From Tepidisphaera sp. (lineage in GTDB: Bacteria > Planctomycetota > Phycisphaerae > Phycisphaerales > UBA1924), in NCBI GenBank assembly GCA_050916045.1, contig CP051526.1:3040001-3104000 (forward strand): DNA of 64,000 nt, given 5' to 3'. The translations under genes were made by a program, and so were the position numbers. The notes below the pieces were generated by a model. It was not told the origin of the DNA. It did no database searches and saw only the letters and a list, made by a program, of their open reading frames with translations. Shown piece after piece: positions 20,060-28,786 of this stretch (position 1 is its first letter; every line of letters begins with the position of its first letter).

Positions 20060-20086
20060 GCTTCTCAGCCCGCATGAAACCACGAG

Positions 20087-20124
20087 GGCGGAAGGCCGGA
20101 ATGATCCGGCCTTCCGCCTTCTTC
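20087..20124 (+). terminator. Intrinsic terminator after tig
   Basis: 14-bp perfect stem ggcggaaggccgga-atga-tccggccttccgcc followed by ttcttc. Confidence 0.7.
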
Positions 20125-20156
20125 ATTCCCGCGGTCCTTCCCGCTACCATGCGCCC

Positions 20157-21107
20157 GTGACCGACGCTCCCGCTCCAGCCAGCCCGCTCGCTTCGATCAT
20201 CGACGGCACCGGCATCGCCGCCCGCGTCCGTGCCGACATCGCGTCGCGCGTCGCCGCGGTCAAAGCCCGGGGCGGCTCCGTGCGGCTGGACGCCGTCCTT
20301 GCCGACACGGGGGCCGACGCTTCCGCCCGCGTGTACGCCGAGAACCAGGCCAAGACGTGCGCAGCCGCGGGGATCGATTACAAGCTCCACATCCTGCCCG
20401 CGGGCTCGGGGTTCGACGAGATCGCCGGACGGATCCTGCTCCTCTCTTCCGATGATGCGGTCTCCGCGATCATGCTCCACATGCCCCTGCCGCCGGGCGT
20501 GGATGCGTACAAGGTTCAGCGGCTGATCGCCCCTGAAAAGGATGTCGAGGGTGTGAACCCGGCGAACATCGGCAACATCGTCTACGGGCGGAGCAGCCTT
20601 GCTCCGTGCACGGGGCTGGCGGTGATCCGGATGGTCGAAGAGGTCTTCGCCCCCGGAGCGGAGCAGCGGGCAACCGCCCCGGCCGCCAAGGACGAACCGC
20701 TCCTTCGCGGCAAGATCGCCGTCGTGATCGGAGCGAGCGACGTCGTGGGCAAGCCCATCGCGGTGCTCCTCATGCGGCAGGACGCGACGGTCATCAGCTG
20801 CAACAAGCACACCCCGGGCCTGCCGGACCTCACCCGCATGGCGGACGTTCTCGTCGCCGCCGCCGGCGTGCCGGCTCTGGTCACTCCCGACATGGTCAAG
20901 CCCGGAGCGGTCGTGATCGACGTCGGCGTGACGCGGGTGGTCGGGCCGGATGGCAAGGGCAAGACGGTGGGCGACGTGGCTTTCGAGACCGTCCGACGGG
21001 TGGCTTCGCACATCAGCCCGGTGCCGGGCGGGGTGGGCCCCGTGACGGTCGCGATGCTGCTCCGCAACGTCCTCGAAGCGGCGGAGCGGTCGAACGCGGC
21101 GGGCTGA
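20157..21107 (+). CDS. folD: Methylenetetrahydrofolate dehydrogenase (FolD family; cyclohydrolase residues substituted)
   Basis: PEKDVEG, APCT, GASDVVGKP, VKPGAVVIDVG, GDV, SPVPGGVGPVTVAML. Confidence 0.92.
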   Translation: MTDAPAPASPLASIIDGTGIAARVRADIASRVAAVKARGGSVRLDAVLADTGADASARVYAENQAKTCAAAGIDYKLHILPAGSGFDEIAGRILLLSSDDAVSAIMLHMPLPPGVDAYKVQRLIAPEKDVEGVNPANIGNIVYGRSSLAPCTGLAVIRMVEEVFAPGAEQRATAPAAKDEPLLRGKIAVVIGASDVVGKPIAVLLMRQDATVISCNKHTPGLPDLTRMADVLVAAAGVPALVTPDMVKPGAVVIDVGVTRVVGPDGKGKTVGDVAFETVRRVASHISPVPGGVGPVTVAMLLRNVLEAAERSNAAG

Positions 21108-21292
21108 ATCGGTCGGATTCGGCGTTTGTTTGCGAACAACGGGCCGGCTTGATCGGTACCAGTGGGCAACTCGCGGCGTCGAGCGGCGTTCTGCACGGGA
21201 AGGGCTATGATCGGTTGCGGGTGTTCGGGGCGAACTGCCGACGCAGACGCGAGATGCGAAGCGGATCGGCGGACGGAAAGGCAGGAGGCTGT

Positions 21293-21661
21293 ATGGGATT
21301 GCTTGGACTTTTCGAAGGCATGTTCTCTCCGATGCACCTCCTGATCCTCGGGGGCATCGCCCTCTTGGTGTTCGGTCACCGCTTGCCGACGGTCGCGCGC
21401 GGCATGGGCCGCTCGATCGTGGAGTTCAAGAAGGGCCTCAAGGGCGTGGAAGAAGAGATCAACGACGAGTCCGATCGTGACCAGCGTCGCGACCGTGACC
21501 GTGAACGCGATTACGACGACCGCCCCCGCCGCCAGGTGGAAGAGGGCCGCGGGTACGAGCGTCTGCCCCGCGATGAGCGCGGCGGCGCAGCGGCCAACGT
21601 GCGCGTCAGCCGGGATGAACCCGCGACCGCGCCGGACCCGTACCGCGATCAGGCTCGCTAA
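21293..21661 (+). CDS. tatA: Twin-arginine translocase TatA/TatE subunit
   Basis: HLLIL..IALLVFG.RLP.VARGMGRSI.EFKKGLK; GGAGG RBS before ATG 21293. Confidence 0.9.
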   Translation: MGLLGLFEGMFSPMHLLILGGIALLVFGHRLPTVARGMGRSIVEFKKGLKGVEEEINDESDRDQRRDRDRERDYDDRPRRQVEEGRGYERLPRDERGGAAANVRVSRDEPATAPDPYRDQAR

Positions 21662-21664
21662 GCG

Positions 21665-22564
21665 TCACAGGCGGACGGCGATCAACTCAAAGACGGTCGG
21701 CAGCAGCACAAACGCGGAGGGGTTCTCCGCAGCGCGGTCCCATGCGCCGATCGCCGCTTCGCATTCCTGCTTGGTGAGGAATCCCGGCTCCACGAGCTTG
21801 GGCAGGAACGTCCTGAAGAACGTATCGGGCCAATGCCACATCGGGTCACCGCCACCGACGCCGCCGCTGGCGCCGACGCACACGCCGTTCTGATTGCGCT
21901 CGGTCTCGAAAGCCGCGGGCGAGCGGGCGACGCGCTGCACCGAATCAAGCCAGCGAACCTCGAACCCGGCTTCGCGGAGCATACCGGGGAGTCGTGCGAC
22001 GATGTCGGGATCGCCGCCGCGGGAACGCCAGCTGGTTGCGACGGCGTCGATTGCCCGCTCGAAGACCGCCTCGCGCGGTGCGATTTTGATCGAGTACTCG
22101 TAGTTGAAGTAGTCTTGGATGACGACGCGTCCGCCGGGCTTGATCACCTTGGCGAGGCCGCCGATGACGTCCTGAGGCCGCGAGACGAAGCAGAGGACCC
22201 AGCGGAGGTAGGCGAGGTCGAACGTTCCCTCGCGGCCTGGGAGGGCGTGCTCAAGGTTCTGAACGTCGCCAAGCACCCGCGCGACGTGCGTGAAGTGGCG
22301 TGCTTTGGCTTCCTCGCCGAGTTCCTTGAGGAAAGCCGCGGACTCGTCAAGACCGACGACGCGTCCCTGCGGACCGACGATCTGGGCGAGTTCCATCGCG
22401 GTGTGGCCCGGGCCGCAGCCTGCATCGAGCACGGACATGCCCGGACGCACGCCCGCGCGTTCCCACAGGCGGTGCGTGACCCAGGACCAAAGCCTGTGCT
22501 GAAGGCCGAGCCGCGCGGATTCATCGTGCCCGGTTCCAAGAACATACTCGGTCGTCGTCGTCAT
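21665..22564 (-). CDS. Class I SAM-dependent methyltransferase
   Basis: YVLG...E..RL..Q, VLDAGCGPG, FDLAYLRWVL, KPGGRV. Confidence 0.88.
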   Translation of the reverse strand: MTTTTEYVLGTGHDESARLGLQHRLWSWVTHRLWERAGVRPGMSVLDAGCGPGHTAMELAQIVGPQGRVVGLDESAAFLKELGEEAKARHFTHVARVLGDVQNLEHALPGREGTFDLAYLRWVLCFVSRPQDVIGGLAKVIKPGGRVVIQDYFNYEYSIKIAPREAVFERAIDAVATSWRSRGGDPDIVARLPGMLREAGFEVRWLDSVQRVARSPAAFETERNQNGVCVGASGGVGGGDPMWHWPDTFFRTFLPKLVEPGFLTKQECEAAIGAWDRAAENPSAFVLLPTVFELIAVRL

Positions 22565-22617
22565 GCCGGAGGATAGGGATCCATCCGAATCGGGCGGCCG
22601 GCGCGTCCGGAGCACGC

Positions 22618-23070
22618 TCAGTCGGTGTTCCAGTCTTCCATGCGCTTGCGGACCTCGGCGATATGCAGCCGGAGGCTGTCCATCTCGAGCTTGGTCTTCT
22701 CGACCATGAGCTCGTGGAACTCCTTGCCGGCTTCGATACGGTCTTCGTTGAGGGTCCGCTGGGCGAGCTGGAGCTGCATGAGCTGGAGCTCGGCTTCGAG
22801 CTTGGCGATGGTGAGCTGGTTCATCCGCCGGTGCTGCTCGAACATCAGGTCGTTGCGTTCGGCGGTCCTGGCATCGTCGGCCTGCGGGGAGCTTTCGAGG
22901 GACTGAAGGGCGCGGACGGCTTCCATCGCCCGACGCTCGGCGGCGAGGCGTTCGCTCCGTTCGCGGCGGAAGATGAGGAAGAACGAGATGGCCAGAGCCA
23001 CGTACGCGACGACGGCGAAGGCCTGAAACACCTCATGCTCGGCGGCGGTCTGTGCCCAGACGGAGAACAT
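22618..23070 (-). CDS. Hypothetical single-TM coiled-coil protein
   Basis: N-terminal TM (AFAVVAYVALAISFFLIF) followed by an E/L/R-rich heptad region; TATGAT 6 nt before the ATG. Confidence 0.65.
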   Translation of the reverse strand: MFSVWAQTAAEHEVFQAFAVVAYVALAISFFLIFRRERSERLAAERRAMEAVRALQSLESSPQADDARTAERNDLMFEQHRRMNQLTIAKLEAELQLMQLQLAQRTLNEDRIEAGKEFHELMVEKTKLEMDSLRLHIAEVRKRMEDWNTD

Positions 23071-23125
23071 GGCGGAATCATACGGAGGATCCGACCGACG
23101 TTCCCGCGGCCGGTACACTCTGGAG

Positions 23126-26100
23126 GTGAACCCCCCATTGCACGTTCGTTGCCTGGCTTTCCCCGTTCTGCTCGCGATCGCCGCATCGGCGGCGGGCCAG
23201 CCGGCTTCCCCGTTCGTCAACGACAAGGAGCCGCGGACCATCTCGGTCTGGGCGAAGAAGGGGCTGATGCAAAGCCCGGTCGCCGTCTGCCTGGACTGGC
23301 GCGGCAACCTGTACGTCGCGGAAAGCGAACGTGCGGGCACGGCGGTCAACGACACGCGGAGCTTGGGACATCTCAACGCGATCGAAGAAGACCTGGTCAT
23401 GAAGTCGGTCGAGGACCGACTCGCCCAGATCAACCGCTGGATCGCCAAGGGTGCGTTCCCGGCCGACTACTTCACGAAGACCGAGGATCGGATCCGGCTG
23501 GTCCGTGACACGGACGGAGACGGCGTGGCGGATACGTCGACGGTCTACGCGGGCGGCTTCAACGAGCCCCTCGACGGCATCGGCGCCGGTGTGCTCTGGC
23601 GGCCGGACGGCGGCCCGGGCGGATCGGTCTTCTACACGTGCATCCCCCACCTCTGGAAGCTTCCGGCGCGAGCGGACGGGCTTGCGGCGGAGTCACGCGA
23701 ATCGCTGTCGCGGGGGTACGGCATCCGCTGGTGCTTTTTCGGGCACGACCTGCACGGGCTGGTGATGGGCCCGGACGGGCGGGTGTACTTCTCGATGGGG
23801 GACCGCGGGTACAACGTGCGCACGAAGGAGGGGAAGGACATCGTCGGCGTGGACCGCGGGGCGGTCTTCCGCTGCTGGCCAGACGGCACGGGCCTTGAGC
23901 TCTTCCACGACGGGCTTCGCAATCCGCAGTGCCTGGCATTCAACGAGCACGGCGACCTTTTCACGGGCGACAACAACTGCGACAGCGGCGACCGGGCGAG
24001 GTTCGTGTACGTCGCCGAGCAGGGCGACAGCGGCTGGCGGCAGGACGTGCAGAGTTTGCCCTCGCGCGGGCCATGGAACCGCGAGCACATCTGGCGCACC
24101 ATCGAAGCCGCGCCGGGCAAGACCGCTTCGGGCGGCGTGGGCGCCGGCGATCGGCCCGCCTGCTTCCTGCCCCCGGTCTCGTACATGGGCGACGGACCTT
24201 CTGGCCTCAGGGCCTACCCGGGCACGGGCGAGAGTGAAGCCTACAACGGGCACCTTTTTCTGGTGGATTTCTACGGATCGGGCGCGAAGGTGCACGCGAT
24301 CCTCCCCGAGCCCAAGGGCGCCGGGTTCGCGCTGAAGAACCACGTCGAGTATTACAAGGGCGTGACCGTTACCGACATCGCGTGGGGGTACGACGGCCGC
24401 CTCTACATGGCGGATTGGGGCGGCGGCTGGTCGCCCAACCTCAACGGCGAGGTTCTGGTCGTGAAGAACGACCGCGTACACGCGGACGCGGCGCAAGCGG
24501 CCGCGATCGCCGAGGTGAAGTCGATCTTCGCGGAGGGATTCGCCAAACGCGAGGTATCGCAGCTGGTGGGCATGCTCGCCCATCGCGACAGCCGCGTTCG
24601 GCAGGAAGCCCAGTACGAACTGGCGAGCCGCGATCCCTCGGCGGCGCTCCAGCCGGTGACGCTCGCGGCGCAGGACATCTCGCTGCCGCGGCTTCAGCGA
24701 ATCCACGCGGTGTGGGCGGTGGGCCAGTTCGCCCGCCGGGTCAAGGGAGCGGAGCTTGGTTTGATCCCGCTTGCGATCGATCCGGACGCGGAAATCCGCG
24801 TGCAAGCGGTCCGCACGCTCGGGGACGTGGCGGGCGGGACGCGTGAAGCGGCGGTGGTCTTCGCCGCGGCACTCATCGATTCCTCGCCGCGCGTGCAGCA
24901 GGCGGCGTGTCTGGCGCTGGGAAAGTCCGAAGATGACATCGGGACCGAGGGGTTGACGGGCCTGCTCGAAGCAAACGCGGACCGGGACCCGATGCTCCGC
25001 GACGCGGCGGCGTTCGCGCTCTCGAAGACGGTGAGCGTCTCAGGACTGGTCAAGCTCGGGGAGTCCGAATCCGCAGCGGTTCGTCTCGGGGTGGTGCTTG
25101 CACTGCGCCGGCTGGCGTCCGACGAACTCGGGCGGTTTCTTGCGGACGCGGATGTCGCGGTGACGGCGGAAGCGGCGCGGGCGATGTACGACCTGCGTCT
25201 CAAAGCGTCGCTCCCCAAGCTTGCGGCGATGCTGGACGAGCCCGCGGCGCGGCTTGCGACGCTCGCGTTCGACGGGTTCCTGCGCCGGGCGATCGAAGCG
25301 AACGTACTCCTGGGCGGGGATGAGCATGCCAAGCGGCTTCTGGCTTTCGCCGGTCGGAAGGAGATCGCGCCCGAGTGGCGCGGCTTGGCTCTCGAGCGGC
25401 TTCAGGGCTGGGACGCACCGCTCAAACGCGAAGGCGTCTGGGGCAACTGGGTTGACCTGCCGGCACGCCCGGCATCGTCCGTCGAGGTCGCCGTGCGAAG
25501 CGGGATCGCGGCCGTGCTCGCAAGCGCGGACGGCGACCTGCTCGGCAAAGCCCGGGCGCTCGAAGCACGGTACTCGCTGGCGGAAGCGGATCTGATCGCC
25601 CGTCTGAACGACGAAAGCCGCAACAGCGATGAGCGGCTGACGCTCCTGGACGAACTGGCGCGACGGGCGCCCGGCCGGATCGCCGAAGCCTGCAAGCGGA
25701 TCCTTCAGGGTGAGAACAAGGGTGACGGAGCGACCATCGCGCAGGGGCTGCTTCGGGCTCGGGCCGAATCGCTTTGGGTCAGTGTCGAACCCGACGCGGC
25801 CGCGGCGTATCTCGCGCAAGCGGTTTCGCGCGGCGGGCTTCCCGACCGTCAGCGATCGGTCGGGCTGCTCGGCGGGCTGACGGCGGAACCGGCCCGCGCG
25901 GCGGTCAAGGACCTCGCCGAACAACTCGCGGCGGGCACCCTCGACGATGACGGCCTGGCGCTCGATGTGTACGAAGCCGCGATGAAAGCCGAAACAACCC
26001 GCCCGATCGTGGAGCCGCTGGGCACCGCCGGCAACCGCCCGGCCGGGTTCGCGACATCCCTGCTCCGGACCGGCGGCGATCCCGCTCGCGGACGCGAGAA

Positions 26101-26500
26101 CTTCTTCCACCACGGCGCTGCCGAATGCCTGCGGTGCCACACGGTGGTCGATCAGGGGAACATGGTGGGCATCGGCGGGAACGCCGGCCCGAATCTGTCC
26201 GACGTCGGGACGCGGTCGGCCCCGAGCAAACTCGTCGAGTCGCTCGTGGACCCGGGAGCGGTCGTGACGCCTGGCTACGGACTCGTCTCGGCGATGCCCG
26301 CGATGACCGGAATCCTCAAGCCGCGCGAAGTGCGCGACGTGGTGGCCTATCTCACCACGCTGCGGACCCCGCCCCCCAAGCCGCTGGTCGCTCGCGAAGC
26401 CCCGGCGGCGACACGCCCGCTTGAGTCCTGGCTTGTGTGGCCCGCGATCGGGATGGTCGCCCTGGCGGTCTGGCCCGCGATCCGGGCCCGCCGGGCCTGA
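23126..26500 (+). CDS. PVC-type heme-binding CxxCH protein (glucose/sorbosone-dehydrogenase-like propeller + HEAT repeats + cytochrome c)
   Basis: DTDGDG.AD, HDLHGL..GPDG.VYFS.GD, GLRNPQ..AFNEHGDLF.GDN, HEAT repeats, GDPARG...CLRCH...GPNLS, SAMP. Confidence 0.88.
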   Translation: MNPPLHVRCLAFPVLLAIAASAAGQPASPFVNDKEPRTISVWAKKGLMQSPVAVCLDWRGNLYVAESERAGTAVNDTRSLGHLNAIEEDLVMKSVEDRLAQINRWIAKGAFPADYFTKTEDRIRLVRDTDGDGVADTSTVYAGGFNEPLDGIGAGVLWRPDGGPGGSVFYTCIPHLWKLPARADGLAAESRESLSRGYGIRWCFFGHDLHGLVMGPDGRVYFSMGDRGYNVRTKEGKDIVGVDRGAVFRCWPDGTGLELFHDGLRNPQCLAFNEHGDLFTGDNNCDSGDRARFVYVAEQGDSGWRQDVQSLPSRGPWNREHIWRTIEAAPGKTASGGVGAGDRPACFLPPVSYMGDGPSGLRAYPGTGESEAYNGHLFLVDFYGSGAKVHAILPEPKGAGFALKNHVEYYKGVTVTDIAWGYDGRLYMADWGGGWSPNLNGEVLVVKNDRVHADAAQAAAIAEVKSIFAEGFAKREVSQLVGMLAHRDSRVRQEAQYELASRDPSAALQPVTLAAQDISLPRLQRIHAVWAVGQFARRVKGAELGLIPLAIDPDAEIRVQAVRTLGDVAGGTREAAVVFAAALIDSSPRVQQAACLALGKSEDDIGTEGLTGLLEANADRDPMLRDAAAFALSKTVSVSGLVKLGESESAAVRLGVVLALRRLASDELGRFLADADVAVTAEAARAMYDLRLKASLPKLAAMLDEPAARLATLAFDGFLRRAIEANVLLGGDEHAKRLLAFAGRKEIAPEWRGLALERLQGWDAPLKREGVWGNWVDLPARPASSVEVAVRSGIAAVLASADGDLLGKARALEARYSLAEADLIARLNDESRNSDERLTLLDELARRAPGRIAEACKRILQGENKGDGATIAQGLLRARAESLWVSVEPDAAAAYLAQAVSRGGLPDRQRSVGLLGGLTAEPARAAVKDLAEQLAAGTLDDDGLALDVYEAAMKAETTRPIVEPLGTAGNRPAGFATSLLRTGGDPARGRENFFHHGAAECLRCHTVVDQGNMVGIGGNAGPNLSDVGTRSAPSKLVESLVDPGAVVTPGYGLVSAMPAMTGILKPREVRDVVAYLTTLRTPPPKPLVAREAPAATRPLESWLVWPAIGMVALAVWPAIRARRA

Positions 26501-26542
26501 AGCGTCTTGTGACTGCGTGATGTTCCTTTCCGGAGGTCCGCT

Positions 26543-27766
26543 TTGAAGTTCGACGAATCACGCCTCGCCGCGCGTCTTGACCGTTTCGAGATCGAGACTC
26601 CCTCGTGGGGATACGCCGACACTGGGACTCGCTTTGGAAAGTTCCTGCAACCGGCCGCCGCCGTCACGACCGAGGAAAAGCTCGCGGACGCGGGTCAGGT
26701 GCACAAGCTCACCGGCTGCTGCCCCACCGTCGCTCTGCACGTGCTTTGGGACTTTCCCGTCGATGAGCATGGAGCGCTCTCGGGCTCTCCGCAGGCGGCG
26801 GGGAGCACGCTGAAAGCGGCCGCGGCCAAGCACGGCGTGAAGCCGGGTTCCATCAATCCGAACCTCTTCCAGGATCAACGTTACAAGCTCGGTTCCGTCA
26901 CCAACACCGATCCGGCGATCCGCGCTCACGCCGTCCGCCATCTGACGGACAGCGCGACGCTCGCCGCCGCCTGCGGGTCGGACGTGCTGAGCTTGTGGTT
27001 CGCCGACGGCACCAACTATCCGGGGCAGGGGCACCTGCGCGATCGCCGCGACTGGATGATCGAAGCGCTCCGGTCCACGCACGCGGCCATGCCCGCAAGC
27101 ATGACGATGCTCGTCGAGTACAAGCCTTTCGAGCCCGCCTTCTATCACACCGACATCGCCGACTGGGGCATGGCCGCCGCGTTCGCGCGGGCGGCGGGGC
27201 TGCGGGCCAAGGTCCTCGTCGATACCGGACACCACCTGCCGGGCGCGAACATCGAGCACATCGTCGCTTTCCTCCTCGCGGAGGGGATGCTCGGCGGGTT
27301 CCATTTCAACGACCGCAAGTACGCCGACGACGACCTCACGATGGGCTCGATCGACCCGTACCAGCTCTTTCGCATCTTCGCGGAGATCGTCTCCGCCGAG
27401 CGGGACGCGGCAGCGAGCGGCGGCAAGCCGCAGCCTGTCGCGTACATGATCGATCAGTCACACAACCTCAAGCCCAAGATCGAAGCGATGATCCAGACCG
27501 CCATGACGGCTCAGGAACACTTCGCCAAAGCGCTGCTCATCGATTTCGAAGCCGCCGCCGCCGCCCGCGCCAAAGGCGACATCATCACGTCCGAAGCCGC
27601 GTGGCGCGACGCGTTCGCGACCGACGTGCGCGGGTTTCTGGCGGAGTACCGAAAGTCCAAAGGGCTCCCGACCAACCCGCTTCAGGCCCACCGCGACAGC
27701 GGGTATGAAGCCCGGGCCGCCGCCGAGCGGGGAAGCCGTCGCAAGTCCGGCGGCGCGTACGCCTAA
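26543..27766 (+). CDS. rhaI: L-rhamnose isomerase (RhaI-type, xylose-isomerase-like TIM barrel)
   Basis: IETPSWGYADTGTRF, LWFADGTNYPGQ, EYKPFEPAFYHTDIADWG, VDTGHH, HFNDRKYADDDL, MIDQSHNLK; TTG start with GGAGG. Confidence 0.88.
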   Translation: MKFDESRLAARLDRFEIETPSWGYADTGTRFGKFLQPAAAVTTEEKLADAGQVHKLTGCCPTVALHVLWDFPVDEHGALSGSPQAAGSTLKAAAAKHGVKPGSINPNLFQDQRYKLGSVTNTDPAIRAHAVRHLTDSATLAAACGSDVLSLWFADGTNYPGQGHLRDRRDWMIEALRSTHAAMPASMTMLVEYKPFEPAFYHTDIADWGMAAAFARAAGLRAKVLVDTGHHLPGANIEHIVAFLLAEGMLGGFHFNDRKYADDDLTMGSIDPYQLFRIFAEIVSAERDAAASGGKPQPVAYMIDQSHNLKPKIEAMIQTAMTAQEHFAKALLIDFEAAAAARAKGDIITSEAAWRDAFATDVRGFLAEYRKSKGLPTNPLQAHRDSGYEARAAAERGSRRKSGGAYA

Positions 27767-27774
27767 GGTCCGCC

Positions 27775-28221
27775 GTGCTTTCATCCGAACTTCTGCTCAT
27801 CGCTCACGCGGTCGCTTCGCTGTTCATGACGGGGCTGATCTGGTTCGTCCAGATCGTGCACTATCCCCTTTTCGCGCTGGTGCCCGCCGACGCTTTTGAG
27901 CGGTACGAATCGCGGCATCAGAAGCTGACGACCTACGTCGTCGCTCCGGTGATGCTGGCGGAGATCGGGCTTGCGGCCGCGATCGCGGCGGGGCTTGCCC
28001 CCGGGGTTCCGAGGTTGTGGGGTTGGGCGGGGCTGGCTCTGTGCATCGCGGTGTGGGGCGCGACGTTCCTGATCTCGGTCCCGCTTCACAATAAGCTCGA
28101 AAGCGGCAAGAACGACGCGGTCATCCGCCGTCTGGTCGCCACCAACTGGATCCGCACGGCGCTCTGGTCCGCTCGCGGCATCCTGTCGGTGTTGATGGTG
28201 CAGGCGGGGGCGTCAGCTTGA
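27775..28221 (+). CDS. Hypothetical 4-TM membrane protein
   Basis: GLIWFVQIVHYPLF...H....VVAPVM..E...VPLH..L...LV.TNWIRT.LW; hydrophobic helices. Confidence 0.75.
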   Translation: MLSSELLLIAHAVASLFMTGLIWFVQIVHYPLFALVPADAFERYESRHQKLTTYVVAPVMLAEIGLAAAIAAGLAPGVPRLWGWAGLALCIAVWGATFLISVPLHNKLESGKNDAVIRRLVATNWIRTALWSARGILSVLMVQAGASA

Positions 28222-28710
28222 AGCCTGTGGAGGTTGAACGGTCTTGCCGTGCCCCTCTCCCGCGAGCATGATGATGCCCGCCACGATCAGCACCACCGCG
28301 ACCCCTTTGCGGACGCTCATGCCTTCACCCAGGAACCACCAGCCGAGAAACACAGCTGTCGCCGGAGCCAGAGCGAACGCGATCGGGCGGAGCTTGGAAA
28401 TGTCGCCGCCGGGAAGCGACAGGCCGAGGTAGAAGAAGAAGACGCCGGCGAACCCCGCGAGCACGCCCGACCCGAAGATCAGCTTGAGCCACGTCCCCGC
28501 ACGCATGTCGCGCCACCAGGTCTGCGTCTCGGTCTTGAGGAGCCAGTGGGCGACGAGGAACCCGGCGAGCGCGAGCGGGAGGGTGACCGCCGCCCGGACG
28601 AAGGCCGTGCCCAGCGGGCCGATCTCCTTCGTGTTGATGACCGACTTGGTGAAGATCTCACCGACGCCCCAGCACAGCCCCGCCATGATCGCGCACAGGA
28701 TCGCTTGCAT
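28213..28710 (-). CDS. EamA/DMT family transporter (single repeat)
   Basis: A.LCWGVG.IFTK; five TM helices; FLGE.MS.RKG.A..LIVAG. Confidence 0.8.
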   Translation of the reverse strand: MQAILCAIMAGLCWGVGEIFTKSVINTKEIGPLGTAFVRAAVTLPLALAGFLVAHWLLKTETQTWWRDMRAGTWLKLIFGSGVLAGFAGVFFFYLGLSLPGGDISKLRPIAFALAPATAVFLGWWFLGEGMSVRKGVAVVLIVAGIIMLAGEGHGKTVQPPQASS

Positions 28711-28786
28711 GGTCCCAGTGTACCGCGACGATCGAACGTCGCGTCACGCCGGAACGACGATCAGGAACGACGATCAAGAACCGCCC

